Shown here: positions 43,465 to 57,395 of the stretch, one piece after another | Numbering within the stretch: position 1 is the first letter of the stretch | Layout: the number at the start of each line of letters is the position of its first letter | Assembly (NCBI GenBank): GCA_004431415.1 | Contig: QPMI01000095.1 | Coordinates: forward strand, 62,001-126,000 | Length of the DNA stretch: 64,000 nt | From: Cyanophora paradoxa CCMP329 | Taxonomy: Eukaryota > Plantae > Glaucophyta | Direction: 5' to 3' | The notes under the pieces: generated by a model | Databases searched by the model: none | What the model was told of the DNA's origin: nothing | The model's input: only the letters and a program-made list of their open reading frames with translations | Position numbers and translations under genes: made by a program

Positions 43465-46400
43465 ATGGCAAAGGGAAACAAGAAGCGCAGCAGGACGGCG
43501 TCGGTCAAGGAAGCCGGCGGATCGGACGTCGACGAGCTCGAGGTCAGCAAGACGAGCGGCGGGGACGAGCCCGATCGTGAGCAGGCCGCCTTCCCGCAAG
43601 CTGCTGAGGTCGGTTCGAGCTCTGCTCCGGCCGGGCGCCAGCTACGCATGCGGCCCCGGCGCAACCCGGCCACGCGTACGCGTACGGCGGGCGGTTGCGG
43701 CTCCGGCGGTTGTGGCGGTTGCGGCAGTTGCGGCAGTTGCCTTGCAGAGGCAGACGAGGACGCTGCTCCGACGACCGGGCGCGGCCGTAAGCGCCAGCGG
43801 GCAGCTGCATGCGCAGCTGCAGCACAGGCCGACGTCGACTCGACGCCAGCGCCAGCTGCAGCTGCAGCGGAGCAGCAGGCGGGGCCGGGGCCGGGGCCGG
43901 CGCCGGGCCTCTCCGCCCTGGAGCTGCTGCCGGACGAGCTGCTGGGGCGGGTCATCGGCCTCAACGGCGTGCGCGAGCTGGCGCGGCTCTCGCTCGTGAG
44001 CCGGCGGCTGCGCGACGCGACCGCCGCCGCCCTGCGGTCCCTCGAGATGGGCGCCCTCGTCCTCCGCGGGCAGCGCCTCGGGCTCTCCCGCTACCGCGAC
44101 CTGCGCGCCGCGCAGCTCCGCTGGTGCTCCCAGCGCGCCGAGGCCGGCGCCCTGCGCCTCGCCCCCGGCGGCTCGCGGGCCCTCGAGCTCGACCTGTGGC
44201 GCCCGCCCGGCTGCAGGTTCAGGTGCGGGCCTTCCCGCGCTTGATTTACTTCTCTGTGGCTGACCGCGGGCGCGCCCGCGCGCAGCGCCGGGGACGCCCG
44301 CGTGCACTTCTCGCTCTGGAGCCCGGCCGAGCCGGCCAAGCCCCTCCTCGCGTTCGCCTCCGCGCTGCAGGGGCTCCGCCGCCTCGTCGCGTGGCACGGG
44401 TGCGCATGCCCGCCCGTCCCCGCCGCCAGCCGCCGCCGCCGCTGCCGTCGAGCGCCGGCCGGCCGCGCAGGGACGTGGTGCCGTACGCCTGGACGGACCA
44501 GGCGCTGCCCCTGTCGCAGGCGATGACGGCGCGGCACGCGTACGTCGGGGCGCTGCTGGCGGCGCTGGCACCGGTGGCGGGGACCCTCGAGGAGCTCAGC
44601 GTCCGCCTCCAGACCTCCCGCGTCGACCACCGCCGCGGGCTGCCCCGTGCGCCCTAGGCCTCCCCGCCGGATGAGGGCGCCCCCCTCACCCTCCCCGGCG
44701 CGCCAGGGGGCGAGGAGGGCGACGCGATCGTGGCGGGGCTGCGGCGCCTGACGGCCCTCCGGAGCCTCGACCTCGCCGACTGCATCGGCGTCTCCGCCGA
44801 GCTCCTGGACACGGTCCGCGGTTCGGCTCCCGGCAGCTCCCGGCCCGCTCTCATGGGTAGGGTGCAGCTGGGGCAGGCCCTCGGCAGGCTGCGCTCGCTC
44901 CGGATCGCGGAGCGCAATCACGACGTGCACGTGGGGGATCTCGATCATGGGGGGCGGGAGGCCTTCTCAACCGCCATCGCGCGCCTGTGCCCCCTCCTCG
45001 AGGTCTTCGAACCCTGTATCCGCTCTTCCGCACTGTACCCCTGACGACCTCCTAGGAGCTCCGCGTGACGTTCTGTGCCGACCGGGGGACAGTTGAATCC
45101 GGTTCCCTCGAGCCGCTGCGGCTCCTGCCGCACCTGCGCATCTTCGGCATTACAGGCAGCCTCGACACTCTCCCTCAGGCAAGTCGGCCCCTGCCCCCTC
45201 GCCCCCCGCTTCCTCCCCCCTACCTCCCGTCCCCTCCCCCACCCTTCCCCCCCCCTTCCCCCTCGCCCCGATCCCCCCATCCTCGCCCTGTCCTACCCCT
45301 CCTCCCTCCCTCCCTCCCTCCCCCCTCCCCCCCCCCCCCCCACCAGCCCTTATCCCCTCCATACCCCTGGCCCTCAGCCCCTCCATTCCCCCCCTCCCCC
45401 CTCCCCCCTCCCCCCCGCCCTCCCACCCCTCCCCCACACCCCCACCCATCCCTCCCATATTCCCCCTTTCGCCCCCCCCTTCGCCCCCCCCCCCCCCCCC
45501 CCCCCCACCAATGCGGAGTCCTTATGTGAGCCTCTGCTGCCCCAGTTTGCCTCTCCACGCCTGGAGACCCTCGAGCTGGGCTCCTGGAGTCTCCCCAGCC
45601 GAACCTTGTTCAACACCGACGCCGACTCGCCCCCGATGGCACGCCCCTCATGCCGCCTACGCCGGCGCTCTGCCCACGCCGGCAACGTGCAAGCCCCTCT
45701 TTTCACGTCCCGCAGGAGAATCTGCGGACCCTGGCGCTGGCAGGTCGCTTCATGACCTGGCCGAGCCCCAAGTCTGTGCCGAACGTGAGCTCGAATCCTA
45801 CGCTCCCTCTGCCTTGGCTTCGCTGCCTTGAACCCGGCCGCGCAGCTTCGCTCCCTCTCCATCGGCCCGTGCACCGAGGAGGCGGCGCCCGGCCGCGTGC
45901 CGCCCTTCGCGCCCGACTGCCTGTGCCTGATTCGCGTGCTGAAGTTCCGGGCCCTGGAGGAGCTCTCGGTGCACCTCGCCGGCGGGGTCGGGGGCGGAGG
46001 CGCCGCCGCCGCCTGGGGCCTGGGTGCCCTGGGCGTCCTGGGCGGAGCGGGCGGGGGGCGCGAGCTGGGCCTGGACCTCTCGCGCCCGCTGCTGGCGCTC
46101 AACAGGGGCCTCCACGGCGCCCGCAGGCGCGCCCCGCGCCTCCGCGTCCTCCGCCTCGCCGTCTCCGGCGCCCTCGCCCACGCCACCCCCGCCTTCGGCG
46201 CCGCCATCACATCCCTCCTCCGCACCGCCAAGGTGCCCCCGGCCCGCACGCCTTCGATGTCTTCCGCTCCCCCTCATGAGTGCTCTGCGCTCCCCAGAAC
46301 ATCCTGGTGGAGTACGATCGCGATCTGTTCTGCCCCGCGTCCAAGGAGAGCAAGGCGCTGGCGGCCTGCACGCGCCTGCGCCGGGCCTCGCTGACCCTCG

Positions 46401-46582
46401 CGGAGCCGGCTGCGGCCGTGGCCGCCAACCCCGAGTGGCTCGCGGCGCTCGCCCCGCTGGCGAAGATGGCGGCCGAGCCCGCCCCGGCCCCGGGGGCCCT
46501 CGTCCTCGCTCGGCGCCCGGGCGACGAGTCGGACTGGGGCGCCATCCGCGCCCTGCTCGGCGACCGCTGGCGGCTCGAGTAG
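43465..46582 (+). CDS. F-box and leucine-rich-repeat protein
   Basis: LELLPDELLGRVIGLNGVRELARLSLVSRRLR (F-box); LRRLTALRSLDLADC, LPHLRIFGI and PRLETLEL (LRR-like). Confidence 0.75.
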
Positions 46583-47098
46583 GACACGCACGGCCCCGGC
46601 CTGGGCCGCCTGGCTAGCCTAGTAGCTGCAGCTGCAGGCTGACGGTTCTAGCAGACTCATGATCAATAGTTTAGCAAGCTAGCGCCTCGAGTATAAGTAG
46701 TTACGTTACTGCGGCCTCCGCGATGGAAGGTTGCGATGCTTAAGCTTTAGCTATAGCTGGTTAGCTTCATGATCAATTCTCATGTTCAGTACTGCGCGCG
46801 GCAGATCAAGATGCACTGCGGGAGCTGGTTGCAAAGCTCAAGTTGCAGATCTAGCTATATAGATGCATACTGTTTAGCAGACAATTGCAAGCCGCTGATC
46901 ATAATCATGAGCTTTTCGAATTCGGTTTCACTGGCCATGGCCCGGGAGTCATGATCACGCTTTCCACCAGCATCTGCATGAGATTAACTTTTCCAATCTT
47001 TTTCGAATTTGCGCTTCAACGCATATAATTATATTTAGGATTCCCAGATTAGAACTAGGTGCTTCCATTGATCGTGCAATTCATGATCATGTGATATC

Positions 47099-50000
47099 TT
47101 AATCCGTGGAGCCTTTCGATATAAGTTTTCTATGCACCCAGGGACGCTCAGCGGCTATTCTTGCGCTGGCTGTTCTGGGAAAATTTACACATAGTATACA
47201 CGTGCACGTCCCCTTAGGGGATCGGATCTTCAGCGGATGGGGTCGGCCGAGGCGGCGGCGGCGGCGGCGGGGCCGGGGCCGAGGGATGCCTCGAGCTGCG
47301 CCGCAAAGAGAGCGCGTCAGGCCCGGCCGCGACACGGAGGCCTGGGAGGGGCGAGGGCCGGGGCTGGGGGCCGAGGCGCGCCTTGCGGGTGATAGCGCCC
47401 GAGGGGGAGGCCGGCCCCCGGCCCTCGCCCCCGTCCTCGGTCCCCGCCGCTGCAGGGCGCGCCACCGTGCCCGGCGGGTTCGCGAGCGCCGCGGCCGCCG
47501 CCGACGCCGGCGCCCCCTGCCGAGCGCGTCAAGGATTTGAGACGAGGGGTGCGGGGGCCAAAGCAAAGCCCTGCTCGCCTCGGGGGTGGAGGGCGGGGCC
47601 GCTGCGGGCACGGGCGGGGCCGGGGCCCCAAGGGCGGCCGGTGCGTGCCCGGAGCCCGAGGGCGGTCGGGGCGGGCTGAGGAGTCCGAGGGGGCCACCGC
47701 CGGGGGTCCCCGCGCGGGCCCCGCTCTCCTCGTCGGGGAGGGGGCCCCCCGGCTCCATCGCGAGGTGCAGCAGCTGCGCGGGGCCTTCGGAAGAGCTCCA
47801 GACGAGTCGAAGAGTGTTCAGCGCACCGAGTCGAACTCGACGCCCGTCGCGTCGCCGGCAGCCGCGGCGCCCTCTGCAGGCCCGCCCGTCAGAGTTCAAA
47901 TTCGAAGCTCAATCGCGAGCGGTGGGCGGGGGCGCGGCGGGGGCGGGGACCGTGGTCAGTGGGGTTGGCGGAGGTCACCGCCGCCACGTGCGTCGGCAGC
48001 GCCGCTGCCGCCGCCGCTCTCAGATGCCGGCCGAGGGCGCGGGGCGCCGCGGCGCCCGGGTGGAGAGGGCGCGGGTCGGGCACCGGCGGCGCCGTGGCCG
48101 TTGCCGTGGACAGTGAGGTGGGAGGGGAGGGCAGCGGGGTCCTCTGTCACGCTTACGTGCGCCGGCAGGGGCGCCCCGGCTGCCGCGGCGCCGGCGGGGG
48201 CGGCGCCGGCGACGGCCGCCGGCTGGAAGCCTGGGGACGCAGAGCGTGACGAGGCTTCTGGGCGGGGAATGACGGGCCGGGGCGGACCGTCGGGATGCAC
48301 GAGGGGCGCGGGGTCCGGAGCCTGTGCGGGCCCGTGGGGAGCAGCCTGCTGCGCGTAGCCTGCAGTGCATAGGGCGCGCCGCTGAGGGGCGGGAGAGGCG
48401 CTGCGGGCAGCGGGGCGCACCGGCGCCGGAGCCGGCGTGCGCTTGCACCTGCCCCGAGCGCAGCACCTCCTCGCTCGCGGCCGCCGGGACCACACGCATA
48501 GGAGGCAGCGCCGGCATCGGGCCTGCGGCACACGTCCGCGTCGCCGCGGCGGAATGGAGAGGGGAGGCGCTGTCGATTGCGCACCCTGCGGGCGCTGCGT
48601 GTGGAAGCCCTGGCCGTGCGCGAAGCCGCCGCCTGCGCCGCCGAAGAGGGGGCGGGGGCGATCAGTGACCGGGCTGGAGAAGGACGAGCAGCGGGGGGCA
48701 CCTTGCGGGGTGCCGGTCTGCGGGAAGCGGACGGCGAACTGCTGCTGCGGGTTGAAGCCGTGCGCGTGGACCGGCACTGCCGCCCCCGCCCCGCGCGTGA
48801 GCGCCCGCTCGACCAAAACGAAAACCGACACCCGAGTTCTGTGGCTGTAAAAGTAATTATAAGCGCACTCTGCTGCGGGTAGTAGTGCGGCTGGCCTGCA
48901 CAAGGGAAGAGGTCGGTCAGGGCAGAGCGCGCTGCCGCTGCAGTGAGCGCTGGGGTATACGCATCGCGGACCGTGCATGGCGTAGGGCTGCCGGTACTGC
49001 TGCCCGTGGCCGTAGCCTACGGGCGGCTGCATGTGCATCCCGTAACCTGCGGGCCGGGGGCATGAAACCAAGGGCTCGGCTGGCTCGCAATCGCGAACGA
49101 GCGGGAAACTGTGCATGCGCACCCTGCCCCTGCATCGGTCCCTGCATGGGCCCCTGCATCGGTCCCTGCATCGGCCCGCGCCCGCCTTGGGCGACCTGCC
49201 CCTGCTGAATCCCGAAACCTGCGACGTATGCTTAGCGCGCATCCAAGCCGCTTCTCGAGCGAACCGCGGAGCCGCACCCTGGCCGTGGCCGTGGGGGTGG
49301 CCCGCCTGCGGCTGGCGCGGCCCGCGCGCGTGGGCGTGATCGAGGGCGCCCCCCGAGCCCGCGCTGGAGGCCGAGCTCGAGCTGGAGGGCGCGGCGGCGA
49401 TGGCGAGCTGCCCGCGCGAGGCGCCCCCGCCGACTGCTTAAAGAGCTCGTCAGAGGGATGCCGCGGCTGGACGACGGGCGCGCGGGGGCGGCACCGGGCG
49501 CGTAGGGGCCGGCTGGGCGGTGGGGACGCGCCCCGCCCCGCCCTCGGCGTCGGAGTGCTGCGGGGGCGAGGCGGCGCCGGGGAGGCGCGGGGCCGGCGGG
49601 AGCTGCTGGTCCTTGAGCGCCTCGAAGGCCCCCGGCCGCAGCCCCAGCCGCCCGTTCTTCATCTGCCGCCCCGCCCCGCCCCCCGTCAGCGCCCCGAAAC
49701 GAAATCAACGAGACACCGCTGAAGCGAAGTCTATGTAGCTAGGGATAGCAAGGGCCCGGAACCCCTATCACCGAGCCATTGATCACTGTTAACGTTGCGT
49801 CATGATTATAAGAAATGATCGCAGTGCATGCGCGCACGGCCGCACCACAAACGCGTTAGAGAGCTCGAGGAGCATCTCAGATGCGAGCGAGCATTAAACG
49901 CAGCGCTAAAGTGACCTCTCAAGGGGCGGGGCGGGGCGGGGCGGGCACCTTGTAGACGAAGGAGGTGGCGTCGCCGCGGCGGTGGACCTTGTAGAGCCGC

Positions 50001-53000
50001 CGCTCCAGCGACTTCTTCTGCGCCCCGCCCCGCCCCGGGCCCCTCAGCGACGCGAGAGCGCCGCGGGGGCAGAGGCTTCCAGCGCACGGAGACGTTGCAG
50101 TCCTCCAGGGCGCTCCCGACCCGCTGCGCGTGCGCGAGGGCGCGGTCACGGGGGGCGGCGGGGCCAGGGGAGGCGGCGGCCCGGGGGCGCGCCTCGTCCC
50201 GGTAGAGGTCGATGAAGCGGAGGCTCGCCGGCGCCCCGTCCGGCTGCGGGGCGGTGGGCGGGCGCCTGGCAGGAGCGACGGGGCGGGCGGGGCGGCACCT
50301 GCTCGTCGCGGCGCCTCTCCTCGGCCTCGAGCAGCACCGTGTGGATGGCGTTGAGCACGGGGGCCTGCGCCCCCGGCCCGGGCCGCGTGAGGAGCCCGGG
50401 CGCCGCGCCGAGCGGAGGGCGATATCGACATCGGTGGACGAGGAGGAGCCCGCACCCAGTTGTACTTGCACTTGCGCCACCCGATGCGGATCTGCGTGCC
50501 CGTGCCGACGGGGCCGGCACTCGGGCTCGCGCCGAACAGCGTGCTGCCCGGGGCGAGGCGCCGTCAGTCCCGGTCGGGCAGGTGCGATCGAAGCGCGCGC
50601 GGGGGCACCTGAGCCGGCGCCCGCCGCCCTCCTTCTTCTTCGCGCGGGCGCCCTCCCCCTCGCTCTCGCTCTCGTCCGAGCCTGCGCGCCCGCCCGCCCG
50701 CCGCTCAGCTGGAGGCCTCCTATCCGACTCGAAGCTAACATAATTGTAAGCGGGGGGCGCGCGCCGTGCGGGGGAGCGGCGGCGGCCGCCTCGAGCATCT
50801 CGGCGGCCCCGGCGCGCTCGCTCTCGCCGGGCCCCCGCCCTCGCCCCCGCCCCCGCCCTTCTTGTGGGAGGAGCGCGTGCGGGCCGCGATGGAGGCCTTG
50901 GGCGGGCGGCCCCGCTTCCGCCCCGGCACCGGCTTGCCCCGCCCGCCTGCATCGAGCGTCAGGTGAACGGGGCGCGCGCGGCCGCGCTGGCGGGCGGACC
51001 GGCGGGGGCGCGGGGCCCTCGGCCTTCGCGCCGGCCCTGCCCGCGCCGTCGGAGTCGACCTCGAGCGCCCCGTCGCCCTCGCTCGCGCTCCCCTCCTCCT
51101 CGCTCGAGCTCGTCTGCTGCGACTCCTGCCCCGGCCCCGCCCCCGACAGCGGATCAGAGAGCCCCCGGGGGCGGCCTGCGCGCGGCGGGCCGCGGGCTCG
51201 CGGGCCCGCACCGCCTCCGAGTCGCTCTCGTCCTTGCGCTGCGACGTGGCGGAGGCGCTCCGGAGGCGCTTCTTCAGCGGCCCGCTCGCCTTCTTCGCCG
51301 CCGTCGCCGGCGCCTGCTCGCGATCGCGATCACGATCGGGCGCCGCGAATCAGATTCGACGCGAGGCCGACCGGAGAAGTCGCGAATGCGCGGCTCGAAC
51401 CTGGAGCGTGGCGGGCGGCGGCGGAAGGCCCAGGGTCTTCAGTATGTTGTAGGGGAGCTGGTTGCCGCGCTTCAGCCCGACCGCTGCGGAAAAGCGCCGC
51501 CGGTCAGGCAGCTGCAGGCGAGCAGCGTGCTTCCATCACCGATGATTGCGAAGCTCGGATTCGTAAATCGTTTATGAGAGTGCAGGGGATCGGCGTATAC
51601 GTCAGCTTTACAATACCTTCTGCTTGGAGGATGTCGTCGTTGTTGATTTCTTCCATCACCTGGAGCAATTCAGGTTCAGGCATCGGATACATATCCGCGA
51701 CCGGCGACGTTGGCAGCGGACCTCTTTCCAGCCCCAGCTGTCGAGGTCGGCCGAGTACTCCATCAGCTTCGCCCCCGTCCTGCGCGCGCGCCGCGCGCAA
51801 GCTTGAGCCAACGTTCAACGTCACCCTCGCATCCACCCCGATCGCGAAGGAAATGCAATTATACACGCGAGGCGGGGGCGCACCAGCGCCACACGGAGAG
51901 GGCGTCGAGGCCCTTGGTGCCATTGGCGTGCCAGGTGCGCGGGGCGGGGCGGCCGGCGGTGCTCCTCGGGGCGGCGTCGGCGTCGGTGGCGCCGGGGTCG
52001 GAGCCCTCCCCGGAGAGCTGCCGCCCCGTCCCGGCATCAGCAGCGTCTCCGAACCCGAGCGGCGGCGAGGGCGGGGGCGGCGAGGACGAGGGGGGTGCGG
52101 ACGCGGAGGGCGACGGCGCGGCGGAACTTGCAGACGAGCTTGCGGACCTCGTCCGCCCGGAAGTCCTCCACCATGCTCCGCTGCCCGCCCCGGGTTAGAA
52201 TATAAATTAATGGCGGTGAGAGCTCTCGGCTGGGGCGGACGACGAGGGGGTCGTCGGGCTCGAGGCCGAAGCACGGGCCCAGCTGCTCCAGGAACGTCTT
52301 CTTCAGGTCCTGCGCGCGCCGGCGGGCCGCGGCCCGGCCGGGCCCCGGTCAGCTGCCCCGGCCCCCTAGGCCTCCAGCCAGCGGGGGTGCCGCTGCTGAC
52401 CATGATGCCGGAGTCGCACGAGAGGAACGCGTAGCCGCGGTTCACCTGAGGAAAAGGCGCTCAGGGCCGCGGAGGGCGAAGGCGGACCCGGAGCAAAACG
52501 AGGCGCGAACCCAGGCGCCGCCGGCCTCCGGGCTCCACGCCTTCTTCAGCGTCTGGCGGACGAGAGCCGGTGAGACTGGATCGGGAGGAGGAGGGGGGAG
52601 GTGGGGAGGGGGGTACCTCGGAAAGGGAGGCGACGCGGACGACGACGACGAAGGGGAGGCAGCGCCGGTGGAGGAAGAGCTCCCGCTCCCTGCCCCGGCG
52701 ATGAAGTCAGCGAGGGGATCTAGATCTAGAGGAATCGAAGGGGGCCGCACGAGGGAAGCGCGGCGTCGGCGCCGGTGCCGCCCGGCGGGGCGCCGAGGGG
52801 CTGGAGGGCCTTCGCGTTCGCGAGCGTCGACGAGGACCGGCGCCTGCCGACGAGATCGGTATCGCGCGGCGCCGGGATCTGGAGGCCGGCGCCCGCAGCG
52901 CTTCTAACTGTTCAACGAGCGCACGGGCCGCGGGGAGGCTCGGTCGCGGCTCCGATCGCGAGCTGCGCGGCGAGCGTCAGTCAAGCGCTCCGGCACTGCA

Positions 53001-55760
53001 CTCCGGGGCGCCAGCAGGGCCCGAGGGCCGGACCTGCAGCTGGCGGTCGGCGGGCCGGGAGGAAGCCGGGCCCAGCAGCTGGGAGCCCGCGGCGGCGGCC
53101 GGCGCGTCGACGTCGTCCTCGGGGCCGCACGGCCCGCCGGGCGCGGGGAGCTGCAGCGGCTGCCACTGGCCCTGGCCCTGCGAGCAGCCGTCAGCACTCA
53201 ACTGAGCTAAGATCGAAGCGCTCGACGCCGGGCGCAGCGGGCGGGCTCGCCTGGCCCCAGGGGCTCTGGAAGGGCTGGAACTCGCAGGGGCCCGGGGGCG
53301 GCCCCTGCAGGGGCGCCATCGGCCCGGGGAAGCCCATGGGGCCGGGGCCCGGAGGTCCCTGCGCGACGCAAGGCGCGTTCAGCACTTCTTCGCCGCGAAG
53401 CAAGTCGCCTTCGCGCCAGGAAAGGGGCTCACCTGCCAGAACTGGCCGGGGTAGCCGAATCCGTAGCCTTGCATCGGGCCGAAGGCCGGGCTCATGATCG
53501 GGCCGTACCCCGGAGGGGGAGGGCCCCACCCCGGCATCGGACCCCAGTACTGCTGCGGCTGGGGCCAAAATCCCTGCTGTGGGCCGAACAGCCGCGGATA
53601 GGCGAACCCTTGCTGCGGCTGCCCTTGCCCCTGGCCCGGCTCCTGCTGCTGCCCCGCGGGGCCGGCGCCGGTCCCGGAGCCGGGCCTAGACGCAGGGCCC
53701 TGCTGGGGCCCGTACCCCAGGCCTTGCTCCTGAGGCCCCGGAGCTGGGTACCCATCCGGCCCTTCAGGCGCCCCGTACGCGTAGCCAGGTGCTTGATTTG
53801 AGGGGCTCTGCTGAACCGGATACCGGCCCAGAAACTGGAACGGAAGGTATTCGGAAGGTTCGAGCAAATGGAAATAAATCGCGAGGAGCTCACCTGCACA
53901 GGCGCGTACTGCATCTGCATCGGGCCGCAGAAGCCCTGTGCGGGGCCGGGGTAGCACGGGCTCGGGCTGAAATAGCTCTGCGAGAAGCCCATCGGCACTC
54001 CAGATGGGTACGGGTAGGGGGCTTGCCCCCCGTACTGAGACGAGGCCTGCTGGTTCTGCGATCGATTTCGCGATGTTATTCGGAAGCGGACACGCTCACC
54101 CGGTGCAGCGAATTCAAGGCAGACCTGCACGGAAAACATTGGCACAGAGCTCGCACCAGGCTGCTTCTGCTGCTGCTGCTGCTGCGCCTGAAGCGGAGGC
54201 TGCGGGTCAGGCTGCGGCTCTTGAGAAATCGGCTGCTGCTGCTGCTGCTGCTGCTGCGACGGCGGGGACGGCTGCTGAAGCTGCTGCTGCGCGTGGCCGA
54301 GGCCGTGGAGGCCGCCGGGCTCGCCTTGTCTGGCAAGACCGAGCGAAGGGTCGGACCCCGTGCCCCGCATCGGCGCCGAGTCGACCTGCATCGCTTGCGC
54401 CGCCTGCGCGTGCAGCTGCCCGTGCGCATGCTGATCGTGGGGCTCCATCGGCTGCAAGCGTCGCGGCGCCGGTCAGAAGGGGAGGCGGGCGCCAGCTGCT
54501 GGAGCACAGCGAACCTGCATGTGCTGCGTTTGCGACGGGGAAGCGACAGATCCGGATCCAGAGCCGTCCGACTGTGAGTGAGGCGCAGGCGGCATCTGCG
54601 CGAAAAACAAGACGAAACCCTCAGAGAAGAAATTGCGCGCCGGCGCGCGATCTTGCTTTGATTATTGGGACGCACCTGCATGTAGTTTGGAAGGGGGATC
54701 GGCTGAGGCACCTGCTCCAGCTGCGGACCATCGGGTCCAGCTGCGTACGCTGCGGGCCCCGAGGCTGATCCGCTCATTTCGTAGGAAGGCGCGCCCAGTG
54801 ACATGCGGCTGAGCCTTGTATTGAAGGTTGCGCGGCTCCGGGCACAAGGCTAGGCCGGCGGCGAGCGGCGTTCGTCAATAGATTTAATTAAGAAGAACTA
54901 GTTTTCGATGCGCAGTACTAGTCGAGGCAACTAAAGCGAGAGCTTCTGTAACCGGCCGCGGATGGCAGGACCGGAAGGTAGCGGAGCAAAATCAGACGCA
55001 CCGGCCACGCGAGAGGAGACTTGCGCGCGACGTCGACGGATCAAATTGAACGGGAAGCGGCGGCCGCGGAGAAGAAGCGGCGCGGGCCGCCGCGGCTGCC
55101 GGTCGCTGCAGCTGTGCCTGCGCGCAGCGGAAGTCAGTAACGTACACGGCGGCGGCCTCGGAATGTACGTCGGCGAGGGCCGACTGCGCATGCATATGCT
55201 CGGAGATCGCGCGCGAGCGCGCGCGCGCGCCCATGCTCGAAGAAGGCTCAGCGCGCCGCCGCGGCTGATGCAGGGAGTCGTAACTGCTTCGAGGCTTCTA
55301 AAGCGAGGGAAGGGATTCCGAGAGAAGAGAAGACGCGGGGAGAGAAGAGGAGAGGGGAAGACCCGCGGCCGGGCGCGCCGCGCGGGGCACTCGCGCTCAT
55401 CCCGAAGCGACGTGCACCGGCGTGGGAGCCGGGAGCGTAAGCGATGACGCACCGGCTCGCGGGGCGGAGGTGGGTCCCGTCAGAGTTGGTCGAACCAGAA
55501 CGGCCGTGGCGCAGCTCCTGCGGGAATGTGAGGCTTCTAGAGATGCGGCAGCAAGCTCCGACGCGCCGGCGTGCGCGCACCGCCTGGGAAGAGCGCGAGA
55601 GATCGCGAATTCGAACCTCTCTCTTCTTTTTTTCAGGGGGGGAGAAGGGAGGGGGGACCGGTTCGCGCTGTTTTCCCTCCAGCTGATCGATATCATGTTC
55701 ATGCAAGCCGCCCGCATCGCCGCGCCAGTGCATGTCAAGCAGCTCAAGCTGAAGCACCGC
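47099..55760 (-). CDS. One or more multi-exon genes for Gln/Pro/Gly-rich low-complexity protein(s)
   Basis: Minus-strand exons with MQGP repeats (~49121-49171 and ~53300-53950), poly-Q (~54165-54290), acidic/basic tracts and short globular-looking exons (~49950-50365). Gene boundaries are unresolved. Confidence 0.4.
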
Positions 55761-56006
55761 TGCAGCTCACGTGCGGTTGCAGAGACATGTCGGACACATT
55801 AACATTAATTAAGTTATCTAGATAATCAGCCCTACGGATCTGTAAGGTTCAACAATGGGGCTCTGACGCCCCGATCACTGTAGCTCTCCCTAGTTGAAAT
55901 AACTAGCTTAATCTCATACACGCAGTTCCAGCTGCGATCTGCCAAAAAGAGAAGCGAAAAAGCAAGAGCGAAAAGGGAAAGGGAGAAGGCCCCGCCGCGC
56001 GTTGTC

Positions 56007-57304
56007 TCAGTCCGACTCTGCGGGCGCGTACTTCGCCGTCTTGTCCGAGAGCACGAGCTTCTTGTCCTTCTTGATCTGTGGGGCCCATGAGCGGGGCCAG
56101 GCGGGGCGGGAGGCGCGGGCGGGAGGGGGGCGCGCCATCTTGTCGAACTTGGCCTCGAGGTCAGCCTGCGACATGTCCTGCCCCGGGAGCTTGGCGAATT
56201 GCGCCACGACGGCCTTCTTCAGCTTGGCGAGCGTGAGCTCGTTGTCGTCCGCCTGCGGCCGCGGAGCGAGTGAGCTACCCGTGCAGAGCGGGAGAGAGAA
56301 AGGAGGAGGGCGGGTTCTAGCGGGGGACGGGGGAAAAATTGATAGAAATGTGCAAGCGTCGATTCCGTTAAGCGACCATAGGGAGGTCACTGCGGTGCCC
56401 GACACTGATCGGTGATTCTGGCCAGTCTATGGTTGAACCTGTCCGAACGCCATAGGAGGGCGCCCAAACGCAGACAGCTGGCCGCCAGGAAAACGAAAGA
56501 GAAAAGGACAGAGGCAGTCTAAACTAAAGAAGAGGGGCCGTGTCGCACCTCGAGAAGCGTTCTCCTGATGGCCGACTTCCACTTCAGCTTCTTCTCTCCC
56601 GCCGCGCTGCTCTCCGCGGACACCTTCTGCTTCTTCTCGTCGTCCGACTCAGCCTCCGACTCGGCGGGTCGCTTCTTCGTCTCGCTCTTGGGCGCGGCGC
56701 TCCCGTTGGTCTGCTTGTCCTCCGGCTTGGCGGGGGACTTCCCGTTTTGCTGCTGGGGCTTCTGGTTTCCGCCGTTCTGCTGCTGTTTGTTCTGCTGCTG
56801 GCCCTGCGCGATCGCGATCAATTGTCGAAGCCACAGGAATAAGGGGGCGCTCAAACAACGCTCACCGCCTTCGGTCTGGGTGATCGAGCCAAGGAAAGGG
56901 GGCGGGTCGTGAGCTACGGAGGCGCGATCGCGCGGTCGAGAGGCGCGGGCGAGCTCACCCCTTGTACAGGGCCTTCTGGTACTTCTCGGCCTCGCTCACG
57001 CACGACGTGTGGCTCGCGTACTCGGCCTTCATGCAGTCGAACTCTTTGCTGCAGTCGATGCAGCTGACTTTGCGCGGCCTGCGATCACAGCGTCAGCGCT
57101 CATAGCAGCACCAGCCGGTAGCCAGCAATCGCACCGGCAGGAGCGGACATGGTTGTCGAGCTTGGGCTGCGCGCGATCGACGCGAGCGGAAGGCGCGATC
57201 AGATCGGCAAGTCGACAAGCGGGATCGCGATCAGGAAGCTCTGGCGGTGCGCCACTCACTTTCTTGATCGTGTCGCCGCAGTTGTCGCAGTAGAAGCTAA
57301 CCAT
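56007..57304 (-). CDS. LYAR: LYAR-type cell growth-regulating nucleolar zinc-finger protein
   Basis: MVSFYCDNCGDTIKK|PKLDNH..C, CIDCSKEF...YASHTSCVSEAEKYQ, and C-terminal KLKWKSAIRRTL...LAKLKKAV. Confidence 0.9.
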
Positions 57305-57395
57305 CTTGTCTTTCGCGAAGCCGGGAGCTGGGGCCCGGAACTCGCACTGTTGGGTACAAGAATACAATTTCCCCCGGGTACAGGAGCAGCGAACC

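Noticed and set aside
50212-52434. 740-aa + strand ORF
   Set aside because: No domain; splice signals and composition support coding on the minus strand.
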